Shown here: one piece after another, positions 23,911 to 36,785 of the stretch
Layout of the letters: each line of letters begins with the position of its first letter
Position numbering within the stretch: position 1 is the stretch's first letter
From: Lingula anatina
Lineage: Eukaryota > Animalia > Brachiopoda
Length of the DNA stretch: 64,000 nucleotides
Assembly: GCA_051362555.1 (NCBI GenBank)
Contig: CM120641.1
Location: 29,146,401-29,210,400, forward strand
Direction: 5' to 3'
Made by a program: the position numbers and the translations under genes
Notes under the pieces: model-generated
What the model was told of the DNA's origin: nothing
What the model saw: the letters and a program-made list of their open reading frames with translations, nothing else
The model's database searches: none

Positions 23911-26900
23911 TTATCGTGTCCTCTCCCACTTTGATCTCTGTGCTTCAATGTCGTTTCTCAGGTTCTGTGCAAAGCAAATTCCAAGAATCTGGAAAAACAA
24001 ACGCATTAGGTTGAAAAAAAGTAATATGCTTAATATGCTTTCTTGATATGATCAAATGTGTATGTTATATATTGCCATCTTTCTCAGAGAGTATTTATCA
24101 ATATGTACCTTTGTCTCAGGACGGGATAACAACAAATTATTGAGCTAAAAAAGACCCTACTTTAACAACTCTGACCACGATTTTGTTGATGTCAAAGATT
24201 TCTTTCATTTTCAGGATCAACTTTTCAGTTATCTTGAAAATATTCCAAATATAAACTGTCATTGTCAGATTGAAATGCTTAATCTTTTCTTAATATAACA
24301 ATTTTATTTGTTTTGTTTCTGCATGAGCACATGCTGATAACATGAAGCGATAATTTGAACAGTGAGTCATGGCACTCTAATATACATTTTAAATTACAAA
24401 AAAAAAAAAAAAAAAAAAAAAAAAATGTTATACATATGTGCATGTGTATAAAAAAAAAAAAAAAAAATCATGCATAGTATAGGGTCTATAAATTGTACCT
24501 GCAGTAGTGCTACCCCCACAGCCACACCTGCTACTGGAATGAGGTTGGTCATAAGCCAGGTTTCTCCTGCTGCCACACAGCCTGTTGTGTAGATCTTCTC
24601 ACCCATGGTGGCCTAGAAATAACAGAAGCTTTCAATCTACTTCAATGGCACCAGATGAAGGGGAAAATCTAGGTACCATAATAACTGGAAAATAGCTACA
24701 AAGCGCGATGTAAATGGTGAAACTTTGAATCACAATTAAATGCACTCAGTTTATCACAATGCACTCAAGTTACGTTGACTAATAGTTACAAAGTTATTAA
24801 AAGAAGTTACTGAAAACGTTTTGTATTCCAGATTCATATAGTTATTTGACTTATATGTGGAGGTTATATGAGGAGTTGACATTAAAATCATTATTACTTT
24901 CGCCAAGGAGGTTTATATTTTCACCCCTGTTTGTTTATCTGTTTGTGTAACTCAAAAAGTTATGGCCCGATTTTGATGAAATTTTCAGGAACTGTCAGAA
25001 GTGGGCTAAGGAACAGATGATTTGTTTTTGGTGGTGATCCAGGTCAATAATCAATCAATAATCAAAAATATCGAAAATTTAGGGGTGAAATGGCATTGCA
25101 TGGAAACTTTGCTGCCTTGGTGGAGGTCTGCGCTCTCCAAGTGCTTTTCTAGTTCAATATAATTTTATTTTACAATAGAAACTGTTCCAACTTTGAAGTA
25201 AAAGAGTAAAACAAATTTAGGTAACTGTTACATAATATGTTAGGTTACAAGACTTACTAGTTAGATTAATAAAATAAAAATAGTTTACAATCGTCATGAT
25301 CAACAGGAAATGTTTTGTTACCTCGTTTTTCCTGACACCAAAGCCACACTGCTTATTCACTATCACCTCCTATACATAAAGAATATAAAATAAATAGTCA
25401 ACTCATAACAAGTTCAGATTAAATTCTACAGAACACTCTACAGAACACTAGCTGCTTACTTCCAACACAATCATTAAACAAGAGAGCAACCTTTTTTATT
25501 TTGTATTTCACTAAAATATTAAATGTTTGGGGCCTCCTGTAAAAATTATAGGTACAATTTGAGTCATTTAAATATTCTCCAACCTGAACTGATCTTCTTA
25601 TTTTATTGGAGAACAAAGCTGGGCACAGTCACAAAACCATTTTTATTATGAAATTACATAATATTTCAACTGAAACAAATCTACAATTCAAAGGCATAAG
25701 GTAAATTTGAGATAAGAAATGCTAAAGACTTCTTTGGCCTTACTTAATACATCTCTCTTTTTTTCACTCCTATGACTATAAGAAATACACACCCCTGCAG
25801 CCCCCTTGCAGCAAGAGAATGGCACCCCACATTCCTCTGCACTTGGTGATGAACAGTTAAAGTATGGATTTAAATTCCAATCATTTGGTCCTGATGCGCC
25901 ACAACACAGCAACTATTAATGTATATAATATAAAATATAAAGAGAAGTGTAAAAAACATTCACTCATTCACACGTTTTTATGTAATTAATGATCAGTAAT
26001 AGAACTTAAATATGGAAACATCATATTTATCAGTTATCTTCTATAATTGGCAATGTATGAGAGTAAATAAATGATAAATGCATTATTCTTATTATTACAT
26101 CAAAATAACAACTGTCAATGTTAAACACTGGACAGCACCATTTTACATCATACATCTGGTGATATATTTTACACAGACAGCTTTAAAAGTATTATAGCCA
26201 TAACCCATGAGTCACAGGTAGGTGTAATGACCAGAACATAATATCTGCTGAATGGCTAATAACATTCAAAATTTAAAGTGAACAAAACTAAATTCATTTG
26301 TTGTAAGATTAAGGTATGGAATTAATCATTTTACTCCTGCATTTTGTGTGTGATAACTTACCCATGATTCTTGTACCCAGTCAATGAGGTTCTGAAGATC
26401 AGGGTCCTCTCTGTAGTTAATAATGAAGGTCTTAACCTGATCTGTGATTTGTTCTTTCAGCTGTATAACAAAACATGATATTATATAGCAAACAGCTGTT
26501 TTATATGTCATTAATCAATATTTGAAGGGAAATAAAACATGTTAGAAAATGTGTAAAACTCACATTTTTTTGTCTACACATCCTGTAAATCTACAAAATC
26601 TTTCCCAATTCAAACTTTAAAATCATGGACCTGATAAGATATTTCCTTATAGTATGCAGATGAAGACATGATTGTCTGACCAGCCAGTCATTTAAAACTA
26701 AATTATCAGCTATAATGAAACCAAACACTTAACTAGTTATGGTACCAAAAATGGCCATAAACAAAACTATATTTGGCTGTTCTTTACCTTACAACACAAA
26801 TGACATCTGTTGGGGATGTTTTGCAGTTATTATGGATTGTATTTGTGAAAATATATAGCCAGAATTTATATTTTCTTGTAAAGCTGGGATTGTTTTAATG

Positions 26901-29900
26901 CTGTTGGGGAGGATGTTATTTTATTAAAATTCTTAAACTTCAGTGTGCTTGATGAACATTGACCTTTGTCTCATTTGTTCTTTTATGAAAATGAAAGTCA
27001 AAGGTTTACTAGATGACTTCTTGTGTTACTTTTCACTGAGTGTCTTGATCTTAATTCTCTCTTTCACAATAATTCCAACTGCTAAAATTTTCTTTAAACT
27101 TACCCAGTCCTTGTAAACAAATCCCAGTACACCGACTACTACCTCTGCCAGGAAGATGATTCCTAACAGAACACAGAACTGAAAAACAAAATCACTGGAG
27201 CTTTTAAAATCGATTTCTGAACAATCTAAAATACCGAAAAAATATCACCTTCTTTATATTTTATCAATATTATTATGCAATTAAAGTCAAATGAATCTAA
27301 CAACTGCAAATATCTGGTTAGTTCCCTTCATTCTTCAATGTTCAAATTACATACTCTAAATAAAATTCATAATATAAATTATTTAATATAAAAATAGGAT
27401 TTTATTTGAATTTCTGTTGCTTACAATGAGTAGAAGAGTTCTGTTCTCCCTCAAGGCACCAACACAGCCTAAAAATCCAATGATGAAAATGACACCACCC
27501 ACAATCATGAAGATAAGAGCAGGATCAAGGATGAAGTTCCCAGTCAGTTTACTGATGTTGTTGAACATATCCTTTTCTGACCATGCCCATATTCCTATGG
27601 CTGCCACTCCAGCTCCAATCAACTAAAATCAAATGCATTTCATATTAAGTAATCAAGCAAGAATATAAATTTTAAACACATTATTTTAATTAATTAATTA
27701 ATTAATTAATTCACTTATTTATTCTAACATATAATTTGAAAGTTCTGAAACACAAATAATTATGATAATCAAAATACAACACTTAAAAATACACCATTGA
27801 AACAGCATTCCAGCATATACATAATACAAAGATATCCAGTAGTCTAGAGTGTAGTAAAAATTGACACAAATGAATGTTAGTACTGATTGCAGTGGAGGAG
27901 GGTCGTCTTTCACTAAGCATTAATCAGTTAAAGAAAAGGGTGGGATTTTAAGAAAAGCTTATAAGTATTGATTTTGGCACTCAATTGTGGTGGACAATAA
28001 GCATCAGAAAAGTTTGGAAATATAATAATAATGTAATATTTATTCAGCTTATATAAATCATGTATTAAATATATATATTATAAATTTAAATACTGACGGA
28101 GCTCCTAAAATATAGTGATGATAAAATTAATTCCTGAAGTTTAAGATGGGAAAATAAAATGTAAATAGTGTATTAAAAGGTTATTGGAATTTTTAAAACT
28201 GGATACAGACAGAGGGTAAAAACTTTTAAAAACTCTTACTACTACTACTCAATAGATGGTAATCCGAGACTAAATATCTCACTGCATGTCATAATTATAC
28301 GATTCAGTTCCTCTTCCGTCTTTTCAAACCACATATTTATAGAAAACCCTAAAACATTATCTACTGTTGCTCTGTAAAAATTGAATAAAGTACTCTTTGT
28401 GCTACTAAAACTCTTAAGCTTTCTCCAGAAATAAACCCTCTGCCTTGTGTCTAGCCTTTATACTGGTAAATTTGCAATTTACACATTCTCTCTTTTTCCC
28501 TTTTATTTTTTCCCCAGATTCCTTACAGTACTTTGACCAAATGACTGGAAAAAACAACATTCAAATTGTGAGTATGAATTTTATGAAGCTGACCAAAAGA
28601 AAGACAAACTGTCTGCAAATTAGAAAGAGGAATTCATTCTTTGCATTTCACATCATTTGCATTCATGAGGCAACAAAAATTTCTAAGTCACTGTGTAAGG
28701 TGAAGTCACAAAGACGTTCTCATAAAACAATCACAAGTGTATCATTTGTGTTCATTTCATTCCATTAACTGTAGTAATCAATGCTGTATACGGTTTTCCC
28801 TATCTACTACTCTCTCCCTGTTTGACTTGAAAATACATCTGTACATCCTAGTTTGTTGTTCAGGCTAGTTATCCTAATCAATCAAGACTGGTCTCCTTTA
28901 AAATAACCCTTCTCTTATCTCACAAAGTGAGATATATCTAATACATATATAAAGTTGGATTCCTATACCTTACACTATCAGAGATAAGGTGTCCATAAAT
29001 TGGCATTGATATTGGAACAGGCCACACACAGACACAAGCATGTGTAATCAATAACTGCAGACTATTAACCAGGTAGTCAAGGCTCCTGCAAAACAGGAAG
29101 TTGTTTTGACTTGGATGAAAAGTCTACTTTACTATGACACCATTCAGACAGCATAATGGCAAACTTCAATTTGAATGTAGCAAAATCACTGGAAGGGATT
29201 CTACATTGAACAAACATGCACATAATTAATGTTTTTAATCAATCCTCGCTTTAACAGTGTATCACTTGTTTGACTTTGTCAAAAATTGTGAAAGCTATAG
29301 AAAAAGTGCTGGGGACAGTATGTACCTTAATTTTGATTCCAAATTTGTTCACGTGTTAACAAACACAACTGATTCAAAATATTCCAATGCTGTTGATTCA
29401 ATAACAAAGTGGCTTATAGTTACTCCCTCTCTATGCATGTAGGACTATGGTTAGAATGTAAAACACTACAACTGCTGAGAAAAACAGATTATTACTGCTT
29501 TCAATTATATACCAATAAACAGTTAGATTTCATTAAAAAATAAATGAAATTGAAACTTATAGAAAAAGATCATAGACCATTCTGAAATATCTACTGACCA
29601 ATCCAAACCCAATTTCACTGGCCAAGAGACAGAACCAGTGGGCAACATCACAAACTATTACAATTTTTTTTTTTTTACAAGAGGGATGCAACTTGAGATA
29701 GGCAAAGATTTTCTATGTACAGCAAATCCATTCAAGTGATATCAATTACGAAGTCAAGTCATATTGTGCTTCTGAACACATCTTAACAATTTGAACTAAT
29801 AAATCAAAATATTGATTCCTATACTGCAAAGGGAAAACTATATTGATAGCTCAAGGTGCAAAATAACAAAGTTTTTGACATATAGCCAAAATGCATGCCA

Positions 29901-31004
29901 TTATTGAGGACACCATAATTCATCATTTAAGCATTTTGATAGCATTTTGAATATTTTGAAGTTGAAATGAACCAAGCTATTATCTATGCACATTGCTTAA
30001 AATTTGATGATTACTTTATCAGTTTAAAGGTGGGGTAAAAATATACAAATGGCTTAACTGATAACAATTGCCTATATATGGCATTTACTTCCCATGGCAC
30101 CTTTACTGTCTAATAAATTACTATCGAAGCACTGCAAATACCTATTGTGCAAAGGTTCATGTTAGCATGTTAACTAAACACAATTTTTTTGAAAAATTAG
30201 GACTTAGTTGCAATTATGACTTATCATGAGCAGACTTAAAAGCTCTGCTATTAAAAACAGGATTAAGTTCACCAGTTGCACTATATAGTACATACAAAAT
30301 ACACAATGCCATCCTCACTTTATTACTGTAATCATTAGATAGTACAGTTGCATGTTTCTTAACCACGAAAAAAAATTACCAAATTATATTATATGGAAAA
30401 GGTAAAAATGGAATATTTGGTGGACATGTAAAGCGGTCTTCAATCTGTAATGATAAAAGGGGGGGGGGGGGTTGCACTGTTTTACTGATGTTTAATCTTC
30501 TTCATTTTTAGTATATGGTCCTAAAATCCACAATTTAATTGCATTATTATTAATGTCGAGGTTTAAACAGTTTCATCAAATCTAAATTTAATCTCTGCAT
30601 GCACGTATTAATTTTAATTTTTATTTTCTAAGCTTGATAGACTTTTTTCTTCAAGATTTCATTAATTATTATCTTATAAGCTGGGTGATTGAAATGATAA
30701 CATTTCATTAAAATCTATGAAACACATATAAGTCCAATATAAACATGGAAGTTTAGTATATATATATTCAAACGTAAAACTGAAAAGTTTGAAATACCTG
30801 CATTTCCTGGTTCGGAAACAAGTGACCGATTCAACGACGATCCTTCAAAACATGTCTCTGTTTTTGATTATTTACACAAACGCTACAAATTTTAAATCAA
30901 CTAGGTGCTAGTATACTCACCCAAAAGAACACATTGAATCCAAATACGAGGTACTTAATACACAGACTAACTTCAGAGGTGTCTTTTGATCGTCGCTTCG
31001 CCAT
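23911..31004 (-). CDS. Tetraspanin, TspanC8 subgroup (TSPAN5/14/17/33-like), 271 aa
   Basis: Exons 31004-30921, 27622-27425, 27178-27104, 26460-26362, 25912-25793, 25369-25322, 24612-24499, 23988-23911 (all phase 0, 816 nt). Four TM segments, GFLGCVGALREN, NYREDPDLQNLIDWVQ, CCG and eight cysteines in the large loop (YFNC, CGVPFSCC, QCG, GC). Confidence 0.95.
24894..25154 (+). mobile_element. HINE family A, copy 2
   Basis: High similarity to 16916-17157 including both ends. Confidence 0.8.
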
Positions 31005-31245
31005 TTTGTCGCCTTGTTGGTCTGTCACGAACTTCAACAAGACAAGTACCCTGACGTCATATTGCCGTACAGGATCTCTAGAATTATCTAACGACAGCAG
31101 GACAAATAAATTAGTGACTATTCCCAATTTTTTAAATCTCATAATGTTTTGTAAACAACAAACTGAGTTTGTGTTTCATAACCTACTATAATCGTTACTT
31201 AAACCCACTGATAATTATAAAACATTGTCGTTAAACCATACCAAG
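31005..31245. promoter_or_regulatory. Compact bidirectional promoter
   Basis: Divergent ATGs (31004 -, 31246 +) separated by 241 bp; TGACGTCA at 31052-31059; both starts sit in a YY1-type AANATGGC context. Confidence 0.7.
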
Positions 31246-33806
31246 ATGGCTGCGCCCAGAGGTGATCGTCCGTCTCTTGTTCCTGTCAACCTCATGGAAA
31301 AGATTTGTTTCAAATACATACCTATGGCAGGCGGAGCAAGTTATGGTGCTATGTGCATTAATATGATGCAACCAAGTGTTTTTAAAAGGTAATTAGTCCT
31401 GTAAATTCTGCAAATTTTGGTTTAACCTTAACCTGGATTCTTGAAGTCTGAAGATCCGATCTCGAGTTAAATTACTGCCTCAGACTCTGTACTAACTACT
31501 CTTTGTTATTTTATAAATTCTGAGCGAAAATATTAAAAAGAAAGTGCAAAAAGGAATCCCCGGAGGCTGATTATTATGACAACAGTGCTCCGTCGCCACT
31601 AAGATCAGTTGATAAATTACTTGCACTGTAAGTTGTAACAGAAACCAAGAAGTTGGTTCACTGTGGGAACTCGAGTTCCAAGGATCCTTGCAGTGACGTT
31701 ATGAACAGTATCTACTAGTAAAATAAGAGTGTTTCTTGTAAGATTTATAGTGTATATTTCAAATTTATTGTTATTGTGAACTCTGACAAGGAAGTAATGC
31801 TTTGCTGACAAGCAGCATTATGCGAAAAGTCAGGGGTGGATTTTGATGAAATTAAAGGGGAATACAAGTCTCTGAATGGAATTAAAGCGTATTATTCCAT
31901 CGTTTATAAGCATAAATTATGTTGTGCCTTTATCGTCCAAATGCCCGACTGTCAGCAAATCGGGTAATACTATAGAAAACCTACGTTTGCAAATAAACGC
32001 TGAAATAAGCCTTACAGTATTGTATTTCAATTTTTTAATACAGTTAGTTTTCCTGGTTTTAGCTGTGTCCATGATATGCATAGCTACTTTTAAATAATCG
32101 TTTAAAAATAGTCCAAGCGCTACTAGGAAGATATGTTTTACATAATCAGAATGCACGAAAGTCCAGGATAATGTGTTCCATTTTTTGTATCTTTAAGTGC
32201 TTTATTTGTGAGGTAAACATGTTATACCTGTGCAAAGGCATTATACAACACATTGTAATCAGTGTTTGCCTCTTAGGAAAATAAGTTGCTGGACCGAAAG
32301 CTCAGCCATCTTGGAAATTAGCTGGCTAGAATGCCTGCTGGGTGGGAAAACTTCTCTGCCCGTTCTGAAAGTTGTCTGCCCCGGGCAGACGGTCCAGCCT
32401 TAATTCTAACACTGATTGTAATGCATAGGCCAATGTCAGAGAGTTCAGGCAATGACGTCATAATTACCCCCCAAAATTAAGCTTACGCTTACAGTGGGTA
32501 AAACGTGATGGGCAGATCTAGAGAGAAGAGGGGGGTCGTATTTTATTGAATTTAGGTCCCCAGAGACTTGTATTCCCCTTTAAAGCTAGGATAGATCACA
32601 ATTAGACAGTGGGAAAAAATGACTAGATTTGAGGGGAGGGGTGATACAGCTTACCATGTACAAGTAGTGATATTTACTTCTTTGGTCTATGGTACACCTC
32701 ATCGTTGTATTTACAAGCTGGGATCTCGGCTCGAAAGCATCACAAAGTGCAACCACACAAACGTGGCTATCTGTCGCTATTGCCTAACTTGAAGGGATCG
32801 CAATTTGCGACTGAGCATAAGTAGCAATATCACTGCTTGTTTGGAGGTTATTATTTGTGACGAGTAAATCCCCTCACATTTGCCTTTGCCCAAACATAAT
32901 TTGTCATTTTTATGGTGCTTTAAATGTAAATTTAATAGCATATAACAAAGCATGGAAGCTTATAAAAGATAGAGGCACTTGGTACCTCTGATACAAAAAA
33001 AAAACTTGCAAAAAATTTTCACATGAAAGATTATTTGTATGTAGAATATTATTTCATCAGAGACCAAAAATTTAATAAATTCATGTTTTGTTATGCATAA
33101 AAATTTTCAAATAAACATTTTATATACTATTTGATATTTTCTGATAAAAATACATCTGTGTAATATATTCATATTTATCATAAGTTTAAACATTTCATTT
33201 TCTATACAGAGCACTCAGTCACACCATAACCTTTCTCTGTGTGTGTAATTATGATAATGAAGACTACTCACCTATGTATCAGTAATTATATCAGTCCCTA
33301 ATAACATTTGTGCTTATGGAATTGTTTTAGACATTTTATTGGTGTCAAACATTTCAAATATCAATTCAGAATTGTGATATTTCTATAAATTAAAAAGGAA
33401 ACTTATAAACTTTAAATTGACCTTACATCTTACACTAATTGGAGGTGTGTGCCCTCTCTGAATGCTTTTCCAGTTTATTATTATTATTACCTCCGCCAAG
33501 GAGGTTGTTTTCACCCCTGTTTGTCTGTCTGTCTGTCTGTCTGTCATCAACATACCGTAACTCAAAAAGTTATGGACCGATTTTGATGAAATTTTCAGGA
33601 ACTGTCAGAAGTGGGCCAAGGAACAGATGATTAGTTTTTGGTGGTGATCTGGATCAGTAATCAATCAATAATCAATAATCAAAAATATCAAAAATTTAGG
33701 GGTGAAACAGCATTGGGTGGAGACATTGCTGCCTGGGGAGGTCTGCGCTCTCGGAGTGCTTTTCTAGTTATTATTGAGTTTGAATGGTAAGGTCTCTGTT
33801 GGCATG

Positions 33807-33840
<34 letters not shown>

Positions 33841-34911
33841 TACACAAACACATATGCATATCATTATATCAATAATTAATTTTGTAGAACCATTTATTTT
33901 ACCTTTTAGAATAATGAAGCTTATGTAGGTTCTGCTGAGAACTTTAGTGCCAGTGCTGCATCCTGATCCTGACATTCTTTAACATATTTATCAGAGACAT
34001 TCCAAACATCTCCAATACAGAGAAATATAGTCCTTTATATCTGAATAACGAATGGAATATAAACTATTGAACTGTGTATTGAAGTCTTTTCTATAACATG
34101 GTAGTTGTCTCTGATGGAGCTCGTTCTCAACAATTGGTTTACATAGATTGTTCCAATCTGCAAGGACTCTTGCAGAATATAATCAGATTACTAGTAATAG
34201 ATTAACATGTCTTATGCACTAGTTAGATATTTGGTTTCTTTGGGAATGAACCCATAGTGAAACTCATCTGCAGCATGCACAGCTGCACTGGACGTGCTAT
34301 GTTCTTATTGTAGGACCTGGAAACTTCTGGTAAACATACAAAAGACCAAAGTCATGATTTTTTTTTTATAAGACAGGGCATACTCTGAAAACGTATTGAA
34401 TAATGCATTTTTACAGCTGCTTGGGCTTTATTTTAATTCTCTCAGGAAACACCACAAAAGTAATCAGAAACCATCTACTCTAAGTAATTGCCCAGTTAAG
34501 ACCACTATAAGAATTTTCACTTCTCTGGCGACCTCAGTTTGATCTGGATTACAACTAATGCCTTAATCTGTTAAGTTATCCAATCTCTCTTCTTTCAGCA
34601 TTTATGGTTCCTGGGAGGTCGCAGCAACTCATGGGTGCTGGTTAAAAGCTCACATTGGTGTTGGTCTCTACCTGTACAGCAGGAATGTGATGAAGCAGGC
34701 AGACATGTACCACAGGATAGCCTACTCTGTGTTTGGCTCCGTCATCTTCAACTTTGGTTCTGTGTTGCTTTGGGGATATAGCAAGCTCATTTTGCCTGAC
34801 AACACTGCTGTCAGGGTATTATTTGGACTGAGCACAGCAGTTGCTTTGGTGGCTGTTGGAATGGATTACATCAAATTTGTGGATTCCAAAGTTGGAAATA
34901 AACTGGAGTGA
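31246..34911 (+). CDS. Uncharacterised multi-pass membrane protein, 151 aa
   Basis: Exons 31246-31388 and 34599-34911 (phase 2, GT-AG, 456 nt open): MAAPRGDRPS...KYIPMAGGASYGAMCINMMQP...HIGVGLYLYSR...YSVFGSVIFNFGSVLLWG...DYIKFVDSKVGNKLE*; AATAAA near 35332. Confidence 0.8.
32260..32414. mobile_element. hAT-type MITE with 8-bp TSD
   Basis: Ends CAGTGTT / AACACTG; ATTGTAAT duplicated at 32252-32259 and 32415-32422. Confidence 0.75.
33487..33769 (+). mobile_element. HINE family A, copy 3
   Basis: High similarity to 16916-17157; (GTCT)n tract. Confidence 0.8.
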
Positions 34912-36094
34912 TTTTAGTAGAAAATTAATCTACCCAGAAGAAAAACACCAGGAAATGAAATGATTGTTAATTTTTTTTTGTACTGACTTTGAAGTGTAAG
35001 CATGAAGTTCAGCTTTGTTATGTAGGTTGTTTAGTCATGTGTCTAGTTGTGTGAAAAGCATCAATTCTTTAGCATTGGAAGGATAGGTTTTCTTGCATTT
35101 GACTGTTGAGCAACCTGTGTAATGGATTTGAAAAAGAAGGCTCGTGTGATAATGGACATTTGAAAAAGACTATAAGGATAACTTACTTGGAATTTAATAT
35201 CTGCATGGCTTTTGTGTTAAGTACAAACATCACAATTTTTTATCCTTTTTCTATCCTACATTGTTGGGAACATGAACATGGAATATCAAGAAATGTATTA
35301 ATTGAAATTTCCTTTTAGTGAACTAAGCACTAATAAAACTATTATGTTTTTATTGCAGTACCAAATTAATTGTGTTATTTACTTGTTTCATTGAAAAATT
35401 TCAACCTTAAATGCGTAACTGCATAAAATGGTAAAAGGATCTCCAATTTCTTGTATTCAAACACTATCCAAGGAGATATTGCTGTAAAAGTTTTCTCTCT
35501 TTTTTCACAATGACCTTTATGGAAGTATGAAAACACTAAAACTGATAATGATATATATACTTTATTCAGTACTCTCCCTTTTCTCTTTTAATTTCACCAT
35601 GATTTATTTTTATAACTAATTCTTTAAAATGTATATAAACTGAACAAAAGTTATTCATGAAAAAATGCACAGGCAATGATTATTGAGACGGCTTCAATTA
35701 AAAATGTTAAATACCCTTTATATGATATTTCTTCAATAGTAAAAAAGAAGCAATTTTAAGAACATAAAATAACAATTACATAGATTAAAAAATAATGCAA
35801 TAAACATATTTTATCAAATTCAAGGCGAATGTTTCATTCCCAATATATGTATGTATGTATGTATAACTGCTGGTAATATACATATCTTTTTTATGCCCTC
35901 CAAATGAGGATCATTTGCTTTTATGTATTTTAAAAAAATATCTAGATCCAAGCTTTCACATTTGAAAATATGTTTATGCCGTCGAATATATATATATTTA
36001 AAAAAAAACTGAAATATGTTAAAAGTGCTGAAATATTTTGGTGAACTGATTGCGGTAGTGGTGCAGCTGGTCATGCACTACAAAAACATTTGGT

Positions 36095-36213
36095 AACCGG
36101 AAGTTGTTATTTTGTTACCTTGGCGTTGATTAGTTGATTATAAATTGTTTTATGAAATATGATTGGTAGATTCGAACCAAGCGGTAAGTCCGAGCACGAA
36201 GAAAGGAGAAGAG
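36095..36213 (+). promoter_or_regulatory. Candidate CDK1 promoter and non-coding first exon
   Basis: CCGGAAGT (ETS) 36097-36104, TTGGCG (E2F-like) near 36121, inverted CCAAT 36162-36166, CHR-like TTCGAA 36171-36176, splice donors GCG|GTAAGT (36183) and GAG|GTGAGT (36213); acceptor at 39423 precedes the ATG exon. Confidence 0.55.
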
Positions 36214-36785
36214 GTGAGTGTGGCATTTAAACGTTGATTTTTTTTGTTGAAATGTTTCATGGTATTGAGGCGATATTTTGTAAATAGTAAATTAAACAAG
36301 ACTAGGCGTTAACAAATCTATTGATTTCGGAATTTGGTGTTGATTCCCAGATCTTCCCTATCGGCTGAACTTAAAATTTGTTTGAAGATTGATGTGCACG
36401 AAAGTTCAAAACTTGATGAAGTAGATCTACAGTGCATAAAAACAGTAGTTAGTTGAACGTTGAGTTCAAAACAGCCTCAGAAGAGACTAACGGTGGTAGC
36501 ATTTTTATTTATTCATTTTCAATTTATACTTGATAACTCATTTATGTATATATTTCAACAGCCACGTTCTTGGAATTAACAATGAAGCTTTTTCCCGTTT
36601 TGGTTATTTTATTAGTAATAAATTCAAATACTTCCACCTTTAACTTTCACATTTTCACATTTTGTTTTCATTAAATGTATAGTCTATTGCGTTATATTTT
36701 CTTATAATATTACTATGTGATTGTCAATTTTTGCTAGGCGACGTTTATCCTAGTGACGCCCTTCACCATCACATTCACATCGTTT

